40,969 nucleotides of DNA from Coriobacteriales bacterium. Lineage in GTDB: Bacteria > Actinomycetota > Coriobacteriia > Coriobacteriales > UBA8131. Below are positions 34,558 to 40,969 of the stretch, piece after piece (the stretch's first letter is position 1; each line of letters starts with the position of its first letter). The notes under the pieces were generated by a model. It worked only from the letters and a program-made list of their open reading frames with translations. It did not search any database and was not told the origin of the DNA. The stretch spans positions 1-40,969 of the forward strand of contig JAISUQ010000029.1 of the NCBI GenBank assembly GCA_031272005.1. Reading direction: 5' to 3'. Position numbers and translations under genes: made by a program.

Positions 34558-37500
34558 TGGCTATCGAAGGACTCTCAAAGGCGCAAAACGAAGCTGCCGA
34601 GACCCTCAACAAACCGCTGTTCATCCAGGCCGGCGCCGGAACCGGCAAGACCTACACCCTGACCAAGCGGCTGGCCTATGCCCTCTCGCCGGCCAGTGGC
34701 GTGGCTTGCGGGCAACCGGGGCAGCCCTATCTGCCAGATACCAGCAACTTCATGACCATCACCTTCACCGAGAAGGCCACTGACGAGCTGCTCTCGCGCA
34801 TCCGCTCGACCCTGCGGCAAGCCGGGCTGGAGGAGCAGGCTCTGGCGGTGGACAGCGCCTGGGTCTCAACCATCCATGGCATGTGCCGCCGGCTGCTGCT
34901 GGACAACATCCTGCAATCCGGCATCGACCCGGATGCCGATGTGCCGCCGGACATCCTGTCCGACTATTGGCTGAATCAGCTGTTCAACCAGCTTTTGGAC
35001 AGTCACGCTGAGGATGCCGAGATAACCAGGCTGCTCAACGAGTATGGTGATTCCTGGCTGCGTAACATGGCCGTGCAGGTGGCCGAGCGTCTGGCGGAGC
35101 TGCCCAACGGGGTAGCCGATGTGGAGCTGTGCCAGCCTGAGCACTCGCCATCAGAGTTGTTGCGGATGCTGCTTACGGAGACCAACAGGCTTATCCGGGA
35201 TATCGAAGGATTGGAGAAGCCGGGGAAGAAGGACATCGGCAACATCGCCCTGCTCCAATCCGTCTCTGCTGAAGCCCAAATAGCTTTGGATAGCCCCGGC
35301 GACCGCCTGTATCTTGATGCCTACCAGTTGGTCAATGAGTTGAATATCGCTGCTTCCAATAACTGCTTCGATGAGATTGTCGATTCAATCGGCGCTATCC
35401 AACTTGAAGCCATAGCTGGCAAGCAGCATGACGATTTGCAGGTACTGCTGGGCTTCGCCGCCGAGCTGGGTGATATATACAGCGAGTTTCGCCGCCAGCA
35501 TGCCATGATGACCCATGACGAGTTGATGGTGCAGGCTTATCGCCTGTTGACCGGCGATGATGAACTGGCCGCCGCCTATCGCCAGCAGTTTCGCCTGGTG
35601 ATGGTCGATGAGTTCCAGGACACCGATGCTCTGCAGGTCTCAATCATCGACCAACTGGTGCCGCCAGACAAACACAGTCTGGCCACGGTTGGCGACCTGC
35701 AGCAATCCATCTACGGCTTCAGGGGCGCAGACCCGGACGTCTATCTGGCGCAACGTGACGCAATGCAGGAGCTGGACGCCAAGCTGGTGAAGCTGGACGA
35801 GAATTATCGCTCGCACGACCAGATACTGCGCTTTGTGGATGCACTGTTTGGCCAGAGCCAGGTGTTCGGCAGTGAGTTGGTTTCGCTGGCCAGCAAGCGC
35901 CGCGGGCCCGAGCAGCCCAAACTTCCCGCCGACCAGCCTCGGGTGCGCCTGTTGGTTTCGACCGGTCAATCCATGCCAACTGATGACGGCAAGAGCAAAG
36001 ACCCTGACTTGGCCGTTTTGCGTCCCCAGCTGGCGGCGATGATCGCCGATGAGTTCATCCGCTTGCGTGATGATTATGGCTTCCGCTCCAAAGAAATGGC
36101 CTTGCTGCTGGGCAAGACGACAAATGCAGACGTCTATATCGACGCTTTCAGCGACCGCGGCTTGAATTCAATGGTGGTTGGAGGTTCGGGTTTCTACAAG
36201 GCGTGCGAGGTGGGCATTCTCATCCAATACCTGGCGGCTTTGGCCAATCCCTATGACGAACTGGCCCTGCTGAGTACGCTGACCTCACCGTTGTTCAATT
36301 TGACTGACGACGAATTGTTGACGGTGGCTTCTGTAAAAGGTGAACTCTATTCTAGCTTATTACAAAGTGAACAAGATAGTATAGCACACGCTGCTGCTGC
36401 CTTCCAAGCTGCTCAGTCTCGAATCGACCATCTCAGTGCTGCCGAAGTCTTGCTGGCCAGCTTGCACGACAGCGGCTGGGAACAGGTGCTGCTGGGTAGC
36501 GGCACCATAGGCCAGTCTGCATTGGCCAATATCCACAAACTGATTCGCCTGGTGGCCGAATATCAGTCCAATAGCCAAGCCAGCTTCAATGCAACTGCCG
36601 CCTGGTTCACCAACATCTTGCAGGCCGAAAGCTCAGCACCCAAAGAAAAACCCGGCTTGCTGCAGGGCGCAGACAGCGATGCTGTCAACATCATGACCAT
36701 CCACGCCTCCAAGGGGTTGGAGTTTGCTGTGGCTGCGGTGGCCGAATACGATTTGAGTAACAGGGGCGGCGGCAAGAGCAATGCTGTGTTGTACTCGCAG
36801 AGGGTAGGGGAGAAACTATATTTGGCTATTGAGCCGAAGCCTTCTCCCAAGTATGGCAATGAAAAAAGCAGCACCAATTACGGCAAAGCCATCAAAGCCA
36901 ATCGTGACCAGATCGGCGAGCAACTTGGTTCGCCCGAGCGGGCGTCAAGCTGCCTGGAGTTGTATTGCTATCTGCGAAGTTTGGCGATAGCCAAAGAACT
37001 GCCAGAATGCCAGCGCAAATTCTATGTTGCCTGCACTCGCGCACGTGATGTGTTGTTGGTGGGAGCCTGTGATAAGACTCTGTTGGCGAAACCCAACAAT
37101 CCGCGCAAAGCCATCGCCGGCGACATCCAGCAGGCCTTCTTCCCTGCTGGGTTGCCCACGTCCAGCGCGGAGTTCGCCTTTGGTGGTGCTGCGGGCTATC
37201 GCGGAGCCTGGGATGTTCGCGTGCTGCCGGCTGGCGCTGCGGGCAGCGGCGCAGATGGAGAGGGAAGCGCAGAGGACGACTTCGATAACGAGCAGGGCTC
37301 CGATGACGGGCTGCGCTTGCAGACGGTGCCATTCAGGGACATCATCGCCCCCATGCTGCCGGCTGGCGAGGATCTCTGCCTGCGTCTGGAGCGCGGCCAA
37401 CGCCTGGCGCCAGCCAGCTACTCCTACAGTTCGCTGGCCAGAGCGCATGAGCCGGATTCCGACATTGCCCACATCGCGCTGACGGCCCGCGAGGAGAAGC

Positions 37501-38129
37501 GCGCCACCATCTTCGGCAGCGCCTTCCATCGGGCTTGCCAGTTGCTGCTGGTGGCCACCGATGAGCTCAACCGTCCGTTGCGCGACGCCCAACTGACCGC
37601 CGAGGAGAACCAGCGCCTGGACGCCGCTTTCGAGCGCTGGGTGTCTTCGCCACGCGCCGCCGAGCTGACCGCCATGCCGGAGGTCTTCGCCGAGTACCCG
37701 TTTGTGGTGCCGCTGCCGGGAGCGCAGGCGCGCATCGTCCCGCTGGAAGGCAAGATCGATGCCTTGGGCTTGGACTTGGCAAACCACCGGGCACTGATAA
37801 TCGACTACAAGACCGGCACCTCCGGCGAGGGTCAGCCGGACGAGCTGCGCCAACGCTACCAGCAGCAGGCCGCCTGCTACGCCTATGCGATACTGACGGC
37901 ATTTGCCGGCGGCGTCGAGCAGGTCGAACTGGCCTTTATCCGCCCGGAAGCCCAGGCCCCGGCTGGCGGCGGGCTGGAAGAGGTGGTATATACCTATACT
38001 ATCAACGACAGAGAAACTCTGCTGGAGCTGATCAATTCATCCTACCGGGGCGTCCTGGATACCCCTGTCTTTAGACATGTGGAGGAATGCCCCGCCCACC
38101 TCCTTATTGCAATTCAGATTATAGTGTGA
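34557..38129 (+). CDS. addA: AddA/RecB-like UvrD-family helicase with a C-terminal RecB-type nuclease
   Basis: The ATG overlaps the addB stop by 1 nt. FIQAGAGTGKTYTL Walker A, VMVDEFQDTD Walker B, and LDENYRS, TIHASKGLEF and KIDALGL...ALIIDYKTG nuclease motifs. The last ~29 codons appear to be IS-derived (see findings). Confidence 0.85.
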   Translation: MAIEGLSKAQNEAAETLNKPLFIQAGAGTGKTYTLTKRLAYALSPASGVACGQPGQPYLPDTSNFMTITFTEKATDELLSRIRSTLRQAGLEEQALAVDSAWVSTIHGMCRRLLLDNILQSGIDPDADVPPDILSDYWLNQLFNQLLDSHAEDAEITRLLNEYGDSWLRNMAVQVAERLAELPNGVADVELCQPEHSPSELLRMLLTETNRLIRDIEGLEKPGKKDIGNIALLQSVSAEAQIALDSPGDRLYLDAYQLVNELNIAASNNCFDEIVDSIGAIQLEAIAGKQHDDLQVLLGFAAELGDIYSEFRRQHAMMTHDELMVQAYRLLTGDDELAAAYRQQFRLVMVDEFQDTDALQVSIIDQLVPPDKHSLATVGDLQQSIYGFRGADPDVYLAQRDAMQELDAKLVKLDENYRSHDQILRFVDALFGQSQVFGSELVSLASKRRGPEQPKLPADQPRVRLLVSTGQSMPTDDGKSKDPDLAVLRPQLAAMIADEFIRLRDDYGFRSKEMALLLGKTTNADVYIDAFSDRGLNSMVVGGSGFYKACEVGILIQYLAALANPYDELALLSTLTSPLFNLTDDELLTVASVKGELYSSLLQSEQDSIAHAAAAFQAAQSRIDHLSAAEVLLASLHDSGWEQVLLGSGTIGQSALANIHKLIRLVAEYQSNSQASFNATAAWFTNILQAESSAPKEKPGLLQGADSDAVNIMTIHASKGLEFAVAAVAEYDLSNRGGGKSNAVLYSQRVGEKLYLAIEPKPSPKYGNEKSSTNYGKAIKANRDQIGEQLGSPERASSCLELYCYLRSLAIAKELPECQRKFYVACTRARDVLLVGACDKTLLAKPNNPRKAIAGDIQQAFFPAGLPTSSAEFAFGGAAGYRGAWDVRVLPAGAAGSGADGEGSAEDDFDNEQGSDDGLRLQTVPFRDIIAPMLPAGEDLCLRLERGQRLAPASYSYSSLARAHEPDSDIAHIALTAREEKRATIFGSAFHRACQLLLVATDELNRPLRDAQLTAEENQRLDAAFERWVSSPRAAELTAMPEVFAEYPFVVPLPGAQARIVPLEGKIDALGLDLANHRALIIDYKTGTSGEGQPDELRQRYQQQAACYAYAILTAFAGGVEQVELAFIRPEAQAPAGGGLEEVVYTYTINDRETLLELINSSYRGVLDTPVFRHVEECPAHLLIAIQIIV

Positions 38130-38135
38130 TATAAT
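38107..38135 (+). promoter_or_regulatory. Candidate tnpB promoter giving a near-leaderless transcript
   Basis: TTGCAA (38107-38112), a 17-nt spacer, then TATAAT (38130-38135) preceded by TGa (extended -10). The tnpB ATG at 38143 is only 7 nt downstream of the -10 box. Confidence 0.45.
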
Positions 38136-38142
38136 TTGACAC

Positions 38143-39321
38143 ATGTTGAAGGCCTTGAGATACCGGATATACCCCAACAAGGAGCAGCGTGAGCTGCTCT
38201 CCAAGGCATTCGGTTGTGCCCGGTATATATACAACTGGGCTTTGGATACCAAGATAAAAGCATATACAGCCACCGGCAAATCGCCCAGCCGCTTTGACCT
38301 CAACGTCGCCATCACGTCTCTGAAAAAGGATAACCCTTGGCTTGGCGATGTCTCCGATTGGGTACTGAAGACCGCAGTCGATGACGTTGAAGCCGCATAT
38401 ACGGCCTTCTTCCAGAAGCGCAACCGCTTCCCGCGCTTCAAGTCCAAACGCAGCAGCAAGCAGACATTTCGGGTGCGCGGATACCGGGTCAAGGAAGGCC
38501 GGCTGTGTCTGCCCAAGATTGGCAAGGTCAAGTGTATCTTCTCCCGACCACTTGAAGGCGAGCTGAAGACCTGTACCGTCACACTTGCCCCTTCCGGCAA
38601 GTACTTCGTATCCTGCCTTGTCGATGATGGCCTGGACCCGCAGCCGGATAAGACAGATGCCGGGGCGGTCGGTATCGATTTAGGGCTTAAAGACTTCGCT
38701 ACGTTATCCACCGGTGAGAAAATCGCTACCCCGAAGCTCTTGCGGGCTTCAGAGAGAAAACTCGCCAGACTCCAGCGTGGGCTGGCGCGCAAGACCAAAG
38801 GCTCCAACAGGTATAAAGCCTGCAAGCGCAAGGTGGCCAGGATACACGAGAAGATAGCCAACCAGCGTACAGACTTCCTGCACAAGCTCAGCACTCGATT
38901 GGTAAACGAGAACCAAGTAATCTGTATCGAGGATTTGAATGTGTCAGGAATGCTGAAAAACCACCATCTGGCCAAATCCATCGCTGATGCCAGCTGGAGT
39001 GAGTTCGTACGGCAGCTGGAGTACAAGTGTGACTGGTATGGTTCGGAGCTGGTCAGGATAGGCAGGTTCGAACCGTCCAGCAAGCTTTGCTCTTGCGGCA
39101 GCCTGAACAGCTCCCTAACCTTGGACCAGCGCATCTGGACCTGCCCTAAGTGCGGCGCGACACATGACCGCGATATTCTGGCAGCCCAAAACATCGTCAG
39201 GTTTGCGGTGGCAACCACCGTCAAAGGACGTGGAGAGAATGTAAGACTGTTAGCAGGTCTATCCAATATGGGTATATCTCCTTTCAGCAGTCTCGTTGAA
39301 GCGTCAATCCCCTTGCTTTAG
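38143..39321 (+). CDS. tnpB: TnpB (IS605 OrfB-family RNA-guided endonuclease)
   Basis: MLKALRYRIYPNKEQ N-terminus. RuvC residues in GIDLGLKDF, VICIEDLN and THDRD. Zinc ribbon CSCG...CPKCG. Confidence 0.92.
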   Translation: MLKALRYRIYPNKEQRELLSKAFGCARYIYNWALDTKIKAYTATGKSPSRFDLNVAITSLKKDNPWLGDVSDWVLKTAVDDVEAAYTAFFQKRNRFPRFKSKRSSKQTFRVRGYRVKEGRLCLPKIGKVKCIFSRPLEGELKTCTVTLAPSGKYFVSCLVDDGLDPQPDKTDAGAVGIDLGLKDFATLSTGEKIATPKLLRASERKLARLQRGLARKTKGSNRYKACKRKVARIHEKIANQRTDFLHKLSTRLVNENQVICIEDLNVSGMLKNHHLAKSIADASWSEFVRQLEYKCDWYGSELVRIGRFEPSSKLCSCGSLNSSLTLDQRIWTCPKCGATHDRDILAAQNIVRFAVATTVKGRGENVRLLAGLSNMGISPFSSLVEASIPLL

Positions 39322-39351
39322 CTATGGGGTAGTTGAAGATGGGAGGATAAA

Positions 39352-39954
39352 ATGACAAGGCTCTATTACCAGGGGCACGGCTCCTTTCGAATCACCGCCG
39401 ATGACGGCCGCGTCATCTATGTTGACCCGTTCGCCGGTGATGGCTACGACCTGCCGGCTGACCTGGTACTCATCACCCACCAGCATCACGACCACAACCA
39501 AATCGGCCTGATTACCCAAAAACCCACCTGCCAGGTAATCAGCAACTTCGAAGCCCTGGCTGGCGGCGAGTACCGCAGCTTCGACATCGACGGCATCAAG
39601 GTCGAAGCGGTGGTGGCCGGCAACAAAAACCACAACAGCGACCAATGCGTGGGCTACATCATCAGCCTCGATGGGCTGCAGATCTACGCCGCTGGTGATA
39701 CCTCGCGCACCGAGCAGATGGCCAGCTTTGCTGCCCGCCAGCTGGACTACGCCCTGCTGCCCGGCGACGGCTTCTACAACATGGATGTAGACGAGGCCGC
39801 CGCCTGCGCCAACCTGATAGCGGCCAAACATGCCGTCCCCATCCACCTCGTCCCCGATTCTGTTACCGACTGGAGCCAGGAGCGCGCCGAACACTTCGCC
39901 ACCCTCACCCCCAGCGCCCTGCTCATCGCCCCCGGAAAAGAAATCGAGCTGTAA
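39352..39954 (+). CDS. MBL-fold metallo-hydrolase
   Basis: LVLITHQHHDHN (the HxHxDH motif) with later D and H ligands. A GGGAGGA RBS is present. Confidence 0.85.
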   Translation: MTRLYYQGHGSFRITADDGRVIYVDPFAGDGYDLPADLVLITHQHHDHNQIGLITQKPTCQVISNFEALAGGEYRSFDIDGIKVEAVVAGNKNHNSDQCVGYIISLDGLQIYAAGDTSRTEQMASFAARQLDYALLPGDGFYNMDVDEAAACANLIAAKHAVPIHLVPDSVTDWSQERAEHFATLTPSALLIAPGKEIEL

Positions 39955-39980
39955 AATTATCGAAAAACGATAAAAATCTA

Positions 39981-40523
39981 TTGAAAAACGGAATATCTTG
40001 CGCTACAGTAGTAATAGTCAAAGAAGCCTTGGGAGAGGTTCTCCCGGTTTGCAGCAGTTGGGAGGCTGACGTGTGGAACAGGGATAGATCGGTGCTGCTG
40101 TCGTCGATCTGTACAAAAGTGATAATTGTATTAGCAATTATGCTGGCAATCGCGCTGCCCTTCATCTGCCAGGGTGACTTCTTCAAGAATCGCGCATCCA
40201 TCCAGGAGTACAACATCGTCTGGCTGATGCCGGTCTACTACGCCTTCTGCGTACCCGCCCTGGTGGCGCTGTTTTCGCTGGATCGTCTGCTGGCGGCAGT
40301 GCGGCGCAACGAGGTGTTCACCGCCGGCAATGTCCGCTGGCTGCGCATTATCTCCTGGTGCTGCTTGCTCGCTGCCGCTGTTCTGCTCGTCAGCAGCCTG
40401 GTCAGCGTGGTCTTTCCGGTGCTGGCCATCCTGGCGGCCTTCTTCGGCGTGGTGTTGCGGGTAGTGAAGAACCTCTTCGCCGCCGCCGTAGACTTGAAGA
40501 CCGATAACGATTTCACAATCTGA
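39981..40523 (+). CDS. DUF2975-family membrane protein (start uncertain)
   Basis: Four predicted TM helices. The NEVFTAGNVRWLRIISW motif and the position directly upstream of a small YozG-like HTH gene are typical of this family. A shorter start such as GTG near 40071 is possible. Confidence 0.65.
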   Translation: MKNGISCATVVIVKEALGEVLPVCSSWEADVWNRDRSVLLSSICTKVIIVLAIMLAIALPFICQGDFFKNRASIQEYNIVWLMPVYYAFCVPALVALFSLDRLLAAVRRNEVFTAGNVRWLRIISWCCLLAAAVLLVSSLVSVVFPVLAILAAFFGVVLRVVKNLFAAAVDLKTDNDFTI

Positions 40524-40537
40524 GAGGCAGCCAACCA

Positions 40538-40747
40538 GTGTCCATCAAACTCCACATCGACGTCCTGATGGCCCAGCGCAAAATCAGCGCCGGCGAGCTG
40601 GCCGAGCGCATCGGCATCACACCCGCCAACCTCTCCATCTTAAAGAACGACAAGGCCCGCGCCATCCGCTTCTCCACCCTGGCAGCCCTCTGCAAGGCAC
40701 TGGAGTGCCAGCCCGGCGAACTATTGGAATTCATCGACGACAGTTAG
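40538..40747 (+). CDS. XRE-family (YozG-like) helix-turn-helix transcriptional regulator
   Basis: KLHIDVLMAQRKISAGELAERIGITPANLSILKNDKARAIRFSTLAALCKALECQPGELLEF, with a GTG start. Confidence 0.85.
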   Translation: MSIKLHIDVLMAQRKISAGELAERIGITPANLSILKNDKARAIRFSTLAALCKALECQPGELLEFIDDS

Positions 40748-40825
40748 GCCCAAGCCAGCCTGCCGACCAGTCAGCCAGCCACCCGGCAAACCAACCATCA
40801 TCAGCAACCCGAAAGTGAGGAAACC

Positions 40826-40969
40826 ATGGATAACCAACATGGCCAGGGCGAAGCCTTGCCCGCCCCCGACCCCAGCAACCTGCGTGCCGACTCGCCGCCG
40901 CCAGTGACTGTGCTGCCGTTTGCACCCACGTCAACGCCTGCCAGTACACCGGTGTCGCAATCCCCGGCA
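40826..40969 (+). CDS. Partial CDS (5' end only), Pro/Ser/Thr-rich N-terminus, function unknown
   Basis: The ATG is preceded by GTGAGGAAACC. MDNQHGQGEALPAPDPSNLRADSPPPVTVLPFAPTSTPAS remains open to the window edge. Confidence 0.4.
   Translation, partial: MDNQHGQGEALPAPDPSNLRADSPPPVTVLPFAPTSTPASTPVSQSPA

Larger units (their letters stand above)
38040..39345 (+). mobile_element. IS200/IS605-family element of the solo-tnpB (IS1341-like) type; boundaries approximate
   Basis: Similar subterminal imperfect hairpins lie in direct orientation near both ends: ATACCCCTGTCTTTAGACATGTGGAGG at 38059-38085 and ATCCCCTTGCTTTAGCTATGGGGTAG at 39307-39332. They enclose tnpB. No tnpA is present. Composition is visibly AT-richer than the flanks. 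Confidence 0.7.

Noticed and set aside
38037-39266. 409-aa minus-strand ORF opposite tnpB
   Set aside because: It is antisense to a TnpB gene with all RuvC and zinc-ribbon motifs. Its own translation is Ser/Leu/Arg-rich with no recognisable fold.

Overview
High-GC, gene-dense bacterial chromosome segment. It is probably a Gram-positive actinobacterial or Coriobacteriia-like organism, judged from gene content and composition only. Core blocks alternate with visibly AT-richer accessory patches.

Core blocks:
(1) A complete minus-strand type II fatty-acid synthesis operon, about 1.5-11.9 kb: acpP-accB-accC-accD::accA fusion-fabH-fabK-fabD-fabG-fabF-fabZ-MarR/FabT-like regulator. Most junctions are ATGA/TGATG overlaps. 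It has a near-consensus promoter and a palindromic operator.
(2) tatA-tatC, hypA-hypB, type IA topoisomerase, malate dehydrogenase and a YfcE-like phosphoesterase on the plus strand (13.2-20.2 kb).
(3) An AddB/AddA-type helicase-nuclease pair (31.7-38.1 kb).

Accessory content:
- Two paralogous DUF3791-DUF3990-DUF3791 triads, one intact and one frameshifted.
- AbiEi/AbiEii and a GNAT acetyltransferase.
- Several AAA+/PD-(D/E)XK-type ATPase genes, both intact and decayed.
- rtcB directly downstream of tRNA-Arg and an atypical tRNA-Tyr.
- hicAB, and a phd-vapC cassette bracketed by ~50-bp hairpin repeats.
- A solo-TnpB IS200/IS605-type element whose left end appears to overlap the 3' end of addA.
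- An MBL-fold hydrolase and a DUF2975/XRE pair.

No rRNA, CRISPR array or integrase was seen.

The most interesting candidates are the uncharacterised DUF3990 triads and the tRNA-rtcB-hicAB-vapBC RNA damage/repair neighbourhood. Several unexplained repeat structures are also worth a look: a 35-bp perfect inverted repeat, a GCGGTCA heptad array and iteron-like repeats. All calls rest on manual reading and remembered family motifs. No searches or computations were run.
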